From Felis catus (lineage: Eukaryota): 64,000 nt of DNA. Position numbers and translations under genes: made by a program. The notes beneath the pieces were generated by a model. That model was not told the DNA's origin. It searched no databases and was given only the letters and a program-made list of their open reading frames with translations. Positions 39,242-51,645 of this stretch are shown here, one piece after another. Location: positions 23,314,001-23,378,000 of the forward strand of contig NC_058369.1 of assembly GCF_018350175.1 (NCBI RefSeq). Direction: 5' to 3'. Each line of letters begins with the position of its first letter. The stretch's first letter is position 1.

Positions 39242-40212
39242 TATAGGGAGTTAAATAAATAGGATGAGCAGCCAGTGGGGACTCAGTAAGCACAGAACAA
39301 AATATGAATTAGGAAGAGAAGACTATTATGTCCCCCAAAGGAAATGTTACCTATAGCGTGAACCTGCTTTTGTTTAAAATTGCACCAGATTTGAGAATGA
39401 GGGCTGGGAAGGGACCTGCTAAATGGGCACTTGCTATCTTTTTTCTGTTTACTCTTCTTATTCCACTAGTTTTTCCACAATTTTACTATTAGGAGTGAAA
39501 AAAGTAAAATGAGATTAGAAGAGAGAAACGGAAGAAGGAAGATCAGTAGAGGCCAAGAGAATGGATCACAAGTGGGTCAAAGGGCTGCCCTCACGGCACC
39601 GCCAGTTCCCGGGGACAAGTCCCCTCTGCTTGGCTCCGGGAGGCCAGAGCGTGGCGGTTCTGCCCAGGTGAAGTGCTCTGGTCGGGGATCAGGCAGCCTT
39701 CCCCTGCTGCCCGCTAGCTGCTTAGTTCTGGGTAGGTTGCACAGTCTCTCTGGGTTCCGGTGTCCCGGCAGGTCAGCACAGACAATGATGGGTTGGTTGG
39801 TGCACACAAAGCCCACGGGCAGACCTGGCACACAGCAGAGTGCTCCACACATGGTGGGTGGTGCTCCTGTGTGGGGCGATGGCTGTTTTGGCTGAGACCG
39901 CGGCTCGCTCTCAGGGGTGCGTTCAGTGCTGAGGGCAGTGGCCAGTCGTCTTCGGGGTTTGCTTCCTGGCGCCCTCTTCACAAACGGGTGCCTGCCCACC
40001 TTCTCTAAGGAGCTTCCACGGTGAGCGTGAGGATGGCCCACTTCTTCATGCCAGCCTGTATCACCATGGCCCCCATTCTGACCGCAGCCTGCTCCCCTTC
40101 CCGGTGACCTGCTGCCACAGGCCCTGCCCACGCTCTTGTTCTGGTCCTTCAGATTTGACGGTCAGTTTTTGAATTTCTGTTGTGTGCTAGTCACCGTAAT
40201 CCTTGCTTAGAC

Positions 40213-40432
40213 CACTGGTTTTCAACCTGGGGAGGGGGAGTTTTTTCTCTCAGGAGTCACTGCAATGTTCGGAGGCATTTTTGGTTGTCACAAGTGGGGG
40301 TGAGCGAGGATACTGCTGACATGTAGTGGGTAGAAGCCAGGGATAGCGCTGAACATCCTACGATGCATAGTCCCTGGCAACAAAGAATCATCTTATTCAG
40401 AGTATCATCAGTGCCACTGCTGCAAAACCCCG
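40213..40432. mobile_element. MER20 hAT-Charlie MITE
   Basis: cactggttttcaacc...atttttggttgtcacaa...gtagaagccagggat...aaaccccg; degenerate 8-bp TSD gcttagac/gtgtagac. Confidence 0.85.
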
Positions 40433-41907
40433 GTGTAGACTGAAGGGTAGAGGGTAGGGGATGAAGAATAAGGAAGAGGATATGGTCTTTGCATTCGTGA
40501 TGCTTACAGAAATGTATGCAGTTTCCCCTTCTGAAATTCCACACCCCGTCTCCCCTGCTCCCCCTGTACCAGGTCCAACAGTGGGCAAAATGTTAGCAAA
40601 CAGGACTTAAGTGATGCCTCAGTTCTCCATTTTCTGTTTTAGAAGCTTTTCTACAAGTTCTTTCATAGGTATTTCCAAGTCATGTCACCCTGTGCTGCAC
40701 CGTGAGACCTTCCCCCAGATATTGGAAAGACCTTGCCACGTGATTCTATCGTCACCACACAGTGGGCCCATGTACAGTGTAGTGCTTTTCCATCTCCAGA
40801 GTCCTGGCACTAGATGATCTTCAGACCCCTTCAGCATTCTTGAGCGGTGGGGACCTCTGGAATTTGTCACTAAACCTTCCTGAGCTCCCTCAGTCAGACA
40901 GCTACTGGGTCACAGAGGACTCAGACCTAAACCAAGGGCTCAGCTAGGTGGCAGCGAGCAAGGCAGCCCGCCTTCCTTGAACCCCCGTGTGAAGCACATG
41001 AACTGTCTCGTCCGGGCCTATAGCCCTCTGCTGGACGTGGCTGACGTTTTCCATTTTATAGATGAAGAAATGGAATCAAAGCGGGTGAATGAACTCGTCC
41101 TCGGGGCTGCTGGAGATCTTTGTCAAATATAAATGTAAATGTGAGACCCAGCGTAAGGAGAGAAAAGTTTCAAGCTTCACAGAAATACTGACTTGCAAGG
41201 TTTCTTCATTCTAAATTTACCACTCCCTCACTAGACAAAGACCCTGTGCTGAGACATACATCTTTGTTTAGCTAAAAATGGAATCCATAATTACACTGTT
41301 TATCTGCTTCATTTCCTTAATGAAGGGGACTGTGGAAGCCCATTTCTGCTTGATTATCACAAAGGTATCATTTTGGCGAAGTTGCACAGAGAGAATGGAG
41401 CTTGCTGGCACCGAGTGTGAATGGGGGTGCATTCACAGAGACAAAAGACGAGGAGAGCTTTTCAAATGGCAACTCTATTCATTCCCAGTTGTCTGTCCAT
41501 AATTACTGTGAACCCAAGTCAGTTATTCTCATCAGGGACATTTGTTGCTAAGGGAAAATTAAAGAAATTCAATTGTGTGGATGCTCCATTGGGTGCTGCA
41601 TTGTGAGTGAGTGGTAGGTCATGGCTCCAGCTGGAGCTAGCCGGTCCTGGCCGGATGGGACGTCGAGCGGTGTGACAGCACGGAAGGGACGCTCCGGGCT
41701 GTGACCATGCAGAAGCAGATCTGGGCTCCCTGACTCACGGCGGTGTGACTTTATTTCTCTGGACTACAGTTTCTTCATTTTGTAGAACAGGAGAGTCCCA
41801 GACCTTCCGCATTGGTGGTGAGGACCAATTCCACGCGAGGGGCCCAGCATGGTGTTTGGGGTGTAGCAAGTGCTTACTGAGTATTGGCTGTGAACGTGCT
41901 GGTGGTG

Positions 41908-42121
41908 ATTTTTTTTTTAATTTTTTAACGTTTATTTGTTTTTGAGAGAGAGAGAGAGTACAAACGGGGGAGGAACAGAGAGAGAGGGAGACACAGAATC
42001 TGAAGCAAGCTCCAGGCTCCGAGCTGTCAGCACAGAGCCCGACGCGGGGCTCAAACTCATGAACCTTGAGATCATGACCTGAGCTGAAGTCGGACGCTTA
42101 ACTGAGCCACCCAGGTGCCCC
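41908..42121 (-). mobile_element. CanSINE
   Basis: TSD tgctgg(t/c)ggtg; inserted at the end of a MIR (~41670-41890). Confidence 0.95.
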
Positions 42122-42794
42122 ATTGCTGGCGGTGTTTAGTGTTTAAGTAAATGATGGTCATGGTGAGTCACTTTCTGTGGGGCTCAAGGCAAGCTATGTC
42201 TGCTCTCTGAACCCCGGTTTTCTGCAAAATAAGGAATCAGTCTAGCTGAGCTTCATGACTGCTTCTACCTTTGCCTTTGTAAGCTAATGAGTTTTAAATG
42301 CCTAATGGCTAAAACAGCGCCCGTTAGATTACTGGCAGCCTTAGCTATTGGTTCGAAATTCCATAGATAAATGGTAGTGACTGGCAAATATATGTGGTGT
42401 CCATAACACTCCAGACAAAGGAAGGTCTTCGTAGTAAACCATCTTATTTAGATTAAATATGGCCATGGTTTTATATGATCATTCGCACGTTTCCCAAAAG
42501 CACATCAAGCAACTTCCAGCCAGTCTGTAGTTGTGTTGCACATGGATTCAACAGTTTGTGGCCACATCAGTATGGGTGCCCTACAATTGTCAAGGGAACA
42601 AGAATTTCATCTCCAGGAAGGATCAGAGCCAAATGAGCCTCACCATTGAGAGCGCTGGACTCATTCCATTGTAACTGGGCCCAGACAATTACAATTAGAG
42701 ATGGTGCAATTATTGGGCTTAGTTAAATCATGTGTGCTGCCCATCTCAGCCCGCCCCACAGACCTTCTTCCTTTCTTTCATTGGCCAAACTTCA

Positions 42795-43050
42795 CAGAGC
42801 AGTTAAATATATGTGTGCTGGAGGCAGACAGCCCAAGTTCAAATTTTGGCTCACCCACTCACACACTCACTGGATGAATTGGGGCGATTTATGCAATTCT
42901 CTCCTCCTTTCACTAATCTGCAAAACAGAGAAAACAATTGTTCCTACCTTATAGTTTATTTTTTTTTGTCATGTTTTACTGTTAAATAGATTAAAACATG
43001 TAAAGCAGAACAGCATCTGGCATGGAGTACTTTCTTAATAAACGTGGCCG
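42795..43050 (+). mobile_element. MIR
   Basis: ctggaggcagacagcccaagttcaaat...ctgcaaaacagag...catgtaaagcagaacagcatctggca. Confidence 0.7.
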
Positions 43051-43849
43051 TTACTGTCATTCAGTGATCGTATGCCATCTGCATATGGGCGCTATCGCCT
43101 CTTATCATCTGTGCTGTTTTCTTTTTTTTACTTTCTTTCGCTTTAATGGCCTTACCTTTTGAAATTCAAACAATTTAAGCATTAAAAGGAAGTTTCCCCA
43201 AATCAAAAGTCACTATCCTTTGCTATACAAAGGAATCAATTGTAAACATAAGAATCGTGAAAATAAAAAGCGTCAGGAAAGTGTAGCCATATCTCTGTGC
43301 TTTATGTGTGGCCTTCCTAGGTTAAAAAAAAAAAGGGGGGGGGGAGAGCAAATGAAAGAAAATGAAAATGAGAGGAAGGTGGGGAAACCTCCCTACCGTC
43401 AAAGATGTTCCCCTGAGGAAATCAGAGGCACTGAGAGGGAACTTGGAAGTGAATGACGTTCCCACCAGGTGCCTCTCTGTGTTGTTGCTGTTGGGCACTG
43501 GCCACCTAAACTGACCTTGCCTTCCCACCTGAAGGCAGGCAGTTAGTCATGCGGGCCTGAGACGCTTACATCTCCTTTGTCTGATTGCCTGAAAAGCACC
43601 ATTTAGGAGAATTACTCATTTATCCAGCAAGCACGTGATGACACTTGCTATCAGCTAGCACCGCAGGGCACAGGGGACGGACCTACGCCTTTGGGAGCAT
43701 GACACTTGCCAGTGCTGTACTGGCAGTGGAGCCAGACATCGGGAAGGTAGCCATGGGCCCTTTCTAACCGAAAAGCAATGGTTCAAAAAGGCCATCAGTT
43801 TCGGAGGATTCCATCTAATAACATGCTGTCCTGTGGCAGTCAGCACGTT

Positions 43850-44010
43850 CACTTAAATAGGCCTCACCTTGTGCCAGCCACTTCCCATGTATTAATTCGT
43901 CTGATCCCCAAACAACCACACGAGGTTGGTGTTCTTATTCCCATTTTACAGATGAGAACGCTAAGGTATAGAGATTAAACTCACCTGATGTCACACAGCA
44001 GTGGCAAGAT
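43850..44010 (-). mobile_element. MIR
   Basis: attcccattttacagatgagaacgctaagg core. Confidence 0.75.
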
Positions 44011-44328
44011 TCACTACCCCTGATTTGTGCCCTTAGTTACTGTGTAATTAGTCCAACTCCTGGTATGTAGATAGGAACACTCTCTAGCAGCCAGCATTTC
44101 ATGAAGGCTGTGTGTGTGTGTATGCACATGCATATTTGTGGAAGTGTGTACGTGTATCCCTCGGTTGAGAGCTGTACCTGCTTTATAGTTGGATTATTAC
44201 TCAGAACAACTCAGTGAGTTATATGGGCATTTTGTCTTCATATCAGTGATCAGTTTCTAGAAATTACATATTTTACATAAACAAGCTGATTTAATCTACT
44301 TCGTTTTGTTTTAGATGAGAAAAATTAC

Positions 44329-44559
44329 GGGGTGCCTGGGTAGCTTAGTCGGTTAAACGTCCGACTTTGGCTCAGGTCATGATCTCACAGTCCATGAATT
44401 CGAGCCCCGTGTCAGGCTCTGTGCTGACAGCTCAGAGCCTGGAGCCTGGTTGAGATTCTGTGTCTCCCTCTCTCTCTGCCCCTCCCCTGCTCGCGCTCTG
44501 CCTCTCTGCCCGTCTCTCTCAAAAATAAATAAACATTTTAAAAAATTAAAGAAAAAAAA
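44329..44559 (+). mobile_element. CanSINE
   Basis: TSD agaaaaattac at 44318-44328 and 44560-44570. Confidence 0.96.
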
Positions 44560-46041
44560 AGAAAAATTACAACGCATTATGCTTCAACCCCAAGCCCCCA
44601 GTCAATTTCCTCAAAATAATTAAAGCTCAGTGAAAAGCCTATATAAGAAAAAGAATCACGTTAGGATATACATGCCTGGAATGCGGCTTCCTGGTCACCC
44701 AACAAATAGCTAGTGGTTACCAAATGCTCATTTAGCATTTAGTAATCCTTTGATGCCTTGCTTAGTGCAGCTGCCTCCACATAGACACTCCACAAAACAT
44801 GTACCCGTGCTTCTGACATCCAGCCGTCGTTGGAATACAACTTGAGACTTTGTCAACACATCATTTTGTTAAAATCTTACTGAGTTTTGGAGTTGAAAAC
44901 ATAAATTATATATTCTAGATATTTATAAATATGTGTTTATATTTCTGTATAGACATCAGCCAAAAACTGTGCACAAAGTTGGTTATTGGAAACTTTTGGT
45001 TTCCAAACTATTGGTTATTGGAGCATTCTACTGGTAAGATGTTAATGAGTGACAAGAACCTGTACTATCAGCATTTCCATTTTATAGATGAGGATACGGA
45101 GGATTAGCTGGGAGCATTGGAGCAGGCATTTGTACTCCAAACTCCTCTGACTTCAGAGTCTTCACCTTAACTGCTATGTTCTAGTATCTAGCATCCTTAT
45201 CATTTTAATGTTACAATGGCTTCACTAGAATGCTAGTGTTATTCTTATTACTATTACTGTTGTTACTATTTATTATTATTCACTGATACTTACTCAGCAC
45301 CCATTATGTTCCAGGTACTGTACTAAGTACTCAACATATATTGTTTCATGTACTTCTCACATCACTGATAGAGAAACTATATTATCCCCAATTTGCACAT
45401 TGAAAAAAAAAAAAAGGAAACTTAAAGAGGTTTTGGAACGTGCCCACTGGACATAACTTGTTTATTATTTTACCAACCACGGAGACTTTACCAAGTGCCT
45501 ACTGTGTGCTCATCTATGTACCAGGCTTATCTAGTGCTATATTACTGGACAAGGAACTTCATAATAGTAGGATTAGGTTCATGGCTGTGGTTCAAAGACA
45601 TTACGTATTTTACTATTCCATGTTTCAATTTTGTTTCTGTAATAAAACCACACAATTGCATCATGACCTTTGTCTCACCCTGAATAATATGGTGTAACTT
45701 GTATTTTATACATTTATTCAGATATACATATGTGTTGCTGCTAAGTTCAAGTACGTCTGAAGGCAGAGACCCGTTGACTGATGTTGTCCCAGAAAGTATT
45801 CTAGTGATGCATAAATGATAGTGGATGAAGCCAACACACTGCTTGAGGAATTACAGCTTATAGAGTTGCTTGGCAGATGAAATCACTTGACTAATTAGAA
45901 AATAATGCATTATGCTGTGCCTAGAAAAATCACAGCGCAGCAGAAGCGGAACTGTGTTCTGAGTTACTGTAGGCTGCCAGTCACAATAAAGCCTGTGCCT
46001 GTGTTCTTCATCTTTTTCTTTTTCCCCCCCTATCCCTGCAG

Positions 46042-46153
46042 CCCAGAAATTGAAGCAGACCCTGGAACCTTGTGATACAGAGTATCCAGCGTTTGTCTCT
46101 GAGCGCACCATCAAGGAAACCTCAGGGAACATTGCTTGTGAAGACTGCTCTAA
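46042..46153 (+). CDS. CACNA2D3: CACNA2D3 exon (112 nt), (A)QKLKQTLEPCDTEYPAFVSERTIKETSGNIACEDCS(K), N-terminal part of the delta chain
   Basis: long pyrimidine tract + ccctgcAG acceptor, TAA|GTAAGC donor; phase 1 to 2; no further known CACNA2D3 exon recognised up to 64000. Confidence 0.97.
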
Positions 46154-47801
46154 GTAAGCCTCCCGCCTCCTTTCTGCTCAGTGTAGAGCTCTCCCAGATG
46201 GGCCAGTGTGAATGGCGTGGTCAGGATCACAGCGAGAGATGGAAACATGGCTGCCCTCTTGTGTGAGGAAGCGTTTCCACCAGCTTGGAGGAAACATCAT
46301 TTGGCTTTGTTAGAGAGATCATTTAGAATCTGGGAAGCATTCAGAGTGCTTGCGGATGCATCCTAGAATATATACGATTTTTAGTCAGGTTTGTCTTTGG
46401 TTGGAAAAAGTCCTGATGGTGTTTCCCCAGTTGACATTTGTCCATTTCAGCTATCTATTGGAAAAAGATCCTTAGATGTCTTTCCTGTAGGCACGAAATC
46501 TTCAGGATTCACCAGAATCTGATGTATGGGGAATGAAATTTGGTAGCTTACTAGGCGTTTCCCTGATTGCTACGGAGTTTGGGCCTTTTTTAATGGTTTT
46601 ATTGATCATCTGAGTTTCTTACCCCTTCATTCCTGTCGGCAGTTGTCTATTGGGTGGTGAATCTTTTCTTACTGATTTGGGTGTCATATGTTTTGGATAC
46701 AATTTCTTTGCAGTTGTATGCTTTATACATGTGTGTTTTCCTTTTCCTTCATCTGACTCTTCACTTTTTATAATGTCTTTAGATGCATAGACATTTTCTT
46801 TTACTTTTATTTTCATGTCTAATTTATTCTTCTGTTCTATGATCTGTGTGTTTTGTGCCTTAAGAAATTAGCCACTGCCCTCCTATCATAATGGTGTTCT
46901 CATGTATTTTGATTCTGAACACTTTAAGGTGTTGATTTTCACATTTAGGACTTTAATCCCTCTGGAATTTATTTGTGTGTGTGGCATAAGGCAGTGTCTA
47001 ATTTCATCTTTTTCAATATAGTTGCCCCGTTGACCGGCACTACTTACTGAATGGTCTTTTTTTTTTTTTCCTAATTGATTTATTATGGCACCTGTGTCAT
47101 AGGATTAGCTCTACACAGATCTGTTTCTAGGTTTTATGATTTGTTCAGTAATGATGCCAACACCATATCTCTTTAATTATTATAGCTTATAGTATGACTT
47201 GGTATTTAAGAGAACAAATACCTTTTCCGTATAGTCTTCTAAGTTGTCTTGGCTCTTCTTGTCTCTTTACTCTTTCATATTAATTTTGTAATCAGCTTGT
47301 TAATTTCTATGAATTATGCTATGATTTTGATTAAAATTGCTCTGAGTTATAGATTAATTTGAAGATAATTGCTATCTTTTATAATCTTGGAACTTTTCAT
47401 TTATAAACTAAGTATGTCTCCTTAGTTACAGGTCTTCTAATACAGTTTTATAATTTTATGTTAGATTTATAATTTGAAAGCTTACAGTTTTCCCTTCCAG
47501 CAGAAATGGCATACATTTAAAACTACCTTTTCTAATTGGTAATTGCTAGAATATGAGAACATCACTGATTTCTGTATGTTGAATATCTTGTATCCATTTG
47601 CTAAATGCTCTTTTAGATTTAATAGTTTGTGTGTGGCTTCTCTTGGACTTTTTTTTCATACACACTAACATCATTTGTGAAAATGTTCCTTTCTAACCTC
47701 CATACTTACTGTTTTGTTGCCTAGAAGTAACTAGGATTGTTGACTAGAAGCAGTGAAAGTAGAAACTGTATCTTGTTCCTCAATTAAAGGAATTTCTTCT
47801 T

Positions 47802-48013
47802 GGGGCACCTGGGTGGCTCAGTCGGTTGAGCGTCCAACTTCAGCTCAGGTCATGATCTCGCAGTGTGAGTTCGAGCCCCACGTCGGGCTCTGTGCTGACA
47901 GCTCAGAGCCTGGAGCCTGCTTCGGATTCTGTGTCTCCCTCTCTCTCTGCCCCTGCCCCGCTCATGCTCTGTCTCTCTGTCAAAAATAAAAATAAACATT
48001 AAAAAAATTAAAA
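47802..48013 (+). mobile_element. CanSINE (host of a nested pair)
   Basis: head ggggcacctgggtggctcagtcgg; outer TSD aatta(a)aaggaatttcttct at ~47781-47799 and ~48238-48257. Confidence 0.96.
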
Positions 48014-48015
48014 GG

Positions 48016-48237
48016 GGGGCGCCTGGGTGGCGCAGTCGGTTGGGCGTCCGACTTCAGCCAGGTCACGATCTCGCGGTCCGTGAGTTCGAGCCCCGCGTCA
48101 GGCTCTGGGCTGACGGCTCAGAGCCTGGAGCCTGTTTCCGATTCTGTGTCTCCCTCTTTCTCTGCCCCTCCCCCATTCATGCTCTGTCTCTCTCTGTCCC
48201 AAAAATAAATAAACGTTGAAAAAAAAAATTAAAAAAA
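48016..48237 (+). mobile_element. young CanSINE inserted in the A-tail of the previous SINE
   Basis: ggggcgcctgggtggcgcagtcgg head with intact CpGs; aaaaaaattaaaagg duplicated on both sides. Confidence 0.96.
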
Positions 48238-48290
48238 AATTAAAAGGAATTTCTTCTAATAATTCCATGTTAACTATGATGTTTGCTATG

Positions 48291-48655
48291 TTTTTTTTTT
48301 TTTTATTGAGGTATAACTCACAATATCATATTAGTTTCAGGTGTACTACCTAGTGATTCAGCATGTGTAAACATTATGAAATAGTCACCACAATAAAGCT
48401 AGCCCCCATATGTCACCTTACAAAGTTAATACAATGTCATTGATTGTATTCCCCATGATGTACATTACATCCTCATGACTTACTTCTTTTAGTGCTGAAA
48501 GTTCATACTTCTCGATTCCCTGCACCCATTTCATCCCCCTCCACCCCCTTTCCCTCTGGCAACCACCAATCTGTTCTCTTCATCTATGAGTTTTGTTTTG
48601 TTTTGTTGATTTATTTTTTGGATTCCACATGTAAGTAATATCATATGGTATGCTA
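48291..48655 (-). mobile_element. L1 3' end (L1MA9-like) nested in the older L1
   Basis: poly(T) then ttattgaggtataac...ttagtttcaggtgtac...ccctctggcaaccaccaatctgttctc...ttccacatgtaagt. Confidence 0.75.
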
Positions 48656-48735
48656 TTGGGTTTTCTAGATTGTAGTAAAATATTGATACTATTAAACTTA
48701 CCATTGTAACTGTTAAAGAGATTTTGATGGTGATT

Positions 48736-48849
48736 TTCTTTTTAAGTTTCTTTGTTTGTTAAGTGATGTCTGTAGCCATGTGGGGATTGAACTCACCAGC
48801 TTAAGATGAAGAGTCCCATGCTCCCCTGACTGAGGCAGCCAGGCACCCC
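48736..48849 (-). mobile_element. short tRNA-like CanSINE lacking (CT)n
   Basis: reverse head ggggtgcctggctgcctcagtcagg; TSD ccattgtaactgtt at 48701-48714 and 48849-48862. Confidence 0.85.
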
Positions 48850-49039
48850 CATTGTAACTGTTTTTAAGTGCACAGTCCAAGAGCATTAAATATGTTTGCA
48901 ATGTTATGCAACCATAACGGTTATCCATTTCCTGAATTGCTTTAGATTTTTGGTAGTTAACCATTTATTAAGTTAAAGAAAACCTCTTCAGGGGTGTTTG
49001 TTGCTTTCATTGCTATTGTTTGGAACTTTAATGGAGGTT

Positions 49040-49250
49040 GGGGCACCTGGGTGGCTCAGTCGATTAAGCATCTGACTTCGGCTCAGGTCATGATCTCATG
49101 GTTTGTGGGTTTGAGCCCCGCCTCGGTCTCTGTGCTGACAGCTCAGAGCCTGGAGCCTGTTTCAGATTCTGTGTCTCCCTCTCTCTCTCCACATCCCCTG
49201 CTCATACTCTGTTTCTCTCTCTCTCAAAAATAAATAAATTAAAAAAAAAA
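49040..49250 (+). mobile_element. CanSINE
   Basis: full head and tail; degenerate TSD aatgga(g/t)gtt. Confidence 0.95.
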
Positions 49251-49382
49251 GAATGGATGTTAATTTTATCAAAACATTTTTCTACATCCATTACTAAAAT
49301 AATTTTAAGATGTTGAGTTACAATAATAAAAATGTTTTAAAAAATTAAACTGTGAAATATATCGTATATACTATAAATATCG

Positions 49383-49563
49383 TTTTTATGTTTATTTATT
49401 TATTTTGAGAAAGAGAGCATGAGTGAAGCAGGGAAAGAAAGAAAGGGAGAGAGAGAATTCCAGGTAGACTCCAACATGGGGCTCAATCTCACGATGGTGA
49501 AATCATGACCTGAGCAGAAGTCAAAAGTCTGATGCTTAACCAACTGAGCCACCCAGGCACCCC
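49383..49563 (-). mobile_element. CanSINE (internally deleted)
   Basis: tttatttatttattttgaga tail; ...ctgagccacccaggcacccc head. Confidence 0.9.
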
Positions 49564-50127
49564 TATAGTATCTTCAATGGTAGATGGCTTATCTAGTGTG
49601 AAAACATGCTTTCTTTCCCAGGGTGGTCTTTCATGGTCATGATTACAAAAAACAAAAACAAAAACTATCTTGCTAGGTCCATTTGTTCATGTCATATGAA
49701 TCTTTTGCATCTGTGCTCAAAAAGAAGATTGGGTTATACTTTTCCTTTCATATACTGTCACTAGGCTTTGCTATTAAGGTCATCTTATTGTCACAAAATT
49801 ACTCGGATCTTAAACATTTTGTGTAAGATTAAATTATCTGCTTCTTTTAGGTTTGGTAAAATTTACCCATAAAACTATGAACGACTGATAGGTTTTTTGA
49901 TTGCTTTTCTGTGTGAGTAAATTCTCAACTACTGAATTAGTTTCTTCAGTGCTTAGCTATCTCTTTGGAATTTCTGTTTCTTCTTGAAACAATTTTGGTA
50001 ATTATATTTCTCAGAAAATTGCCTATTTCATACCACTCTTCACGTTTATTGCATGCATTTGCTAATAGTGTTCTTTTTTGATTAAAAATGCTGCCGTATT
50101 TGTGATTTTGCCCTCTTTTAAATCAAT

Positions 50128-50352
50128 CTCTCTCCCTTCCCTTCTCTTCTCTCTTATACCCCCCGACAGCTCCTCTTCTCAACACCCCCTCCTTCCCCCC
50201 TCCTTTTCTCTTCCCCTCCTTTCCCCTCCATCCACCTCCCTCCCTCTCCCTCTTCCTCTCTCTTTCTTCCACCCTCTCCCTCTGTCTCCCTCCCTCCCTC
50301 CCTAACTCCCTCCTGCATCATTTCTTCCTTCCTTTGCTCCCTCCCTCTTCTT
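50128..50352. repeat. C/T-rich low-complexity polypyrimidine tract
   Basis: seen directly. Confidence 0.9.
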
Positions 50353-51218
50353 ACTAATAGAGATGTTTGCTTTTTTTCTCTTTTCAAAGAACTATCATCT
50401 AGCTTGTTAGATTTTCTCTATTGTTTCTTTGACTTTCTATTTCATTTATTTGCTTCTTATCTGTATTATTATCCTTCTTCTGTGTTTTTGGGATTTATTC
50501 TGTTTTTTTTTTATTTTCTATCATATTGTGTTTGATGTATAGCTTTTGCAGCTCCATTCATATACATACAATAAATATATATATATGTATAATTTCTCTC
50601 TGCATTTCAATTTATATAGGGCTTTCATTATTCAGCTGGGATAATTTTCTAATATTTACCATATTTTTGATCTGTAAATTTTTAAATAGCATTTTAAGAT
50701 TTCCTAATATATGGGTTTTGAAACTATCTTTTTTTTATCAATCTCTGATTAAATGACATTGCAGTCTGTATAACACATGGTTTTCAGTCTGTGCAGAGAC
50801 TTGCTTTGATTTCTAGCACTTGTCCTCGTGTTTTTGAAAGCAAGTTTCATTCTCTGATAACTCAGTACAGGGATTAATATAGATCCATTGGGTCAAGTGT
50901 GTTAACTGTGCTTCAAAACTGTTGTTCTATTTTAGATATCAGGCTCTCCCCTTATGGATTTTTACTCTCCTTCATGTCATTCATTTTACTTTGCTTTTTA
51001 TATTTGGAGGCTATATTTGGAGGCTATTATCATGGACATCCCTGTTCAAGACTGGTAAATCATTGCTATGATCACTATGTGATCACCCACTCTATGGGAA
51101 AGTAATGTCTATTTTGTTTGCTGATAGCCCAAGTACAGTGTTTCTTTGTTTGGTAATATTTCCTAGGCATGTTTTCTCCCTTCCCTCCATTTGCAACTTC
51201 CCTTCCTTCTTTCCCACC

Positions 51219-51219
<1 letters not shown>

Positions 51220-51270
<51 letters not shown>

Positions 51271-51273
51271 TTT
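51220..51273. repeat. (TTTC)n tetranucleotide microsatellite
   Basis: seen directly. Confidence 0.95.
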
Positions 51274-51434
51274 TGTCATTTTGCATTAGGATGTTGTCCT
51301 ATAAATAGAATAGAGCTGGATTTGGCTTTTTTATTATCTCTACTATTGGAAATTTAATATTATGATTTATTGTACTTCCTGCTAAGTTTGAATTTATTTC
51401 TACCATCATTTTATAGGCTTTCTATCCCCATGCA

Positions 51435-51437
51435 TTT

Positions 51438-51485
<48 letters not shown>

Positions 51486-51645
51486 TCCTTTTCTTTTCTT
51501 TTCTTTTCTTTCTTCCTTCCTTTGTCTTTCTTTCTTTGTCTTTATTCCTTCCTTCCTTCCTTTCTTCCTCTTCCCTCCTTTCTTCCTCTTCCTTCCTTTC
51601 TTTATCTTTCTTTCTTTTTTCTTTCTCTCTCTCTCTTACTTCTTT
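51435..51645. repeat. (TTTC)n / (TTCC)n compound polypyrimidine repeat
   Basis: seen directly. Confidence 0.92.

Noticed and set aside
39577..40131. 184-aa ORF, the longest in the window
   Set aside because: GC-rich, overlaps a decayed MIR-like sequence, low-information G/P/R composition
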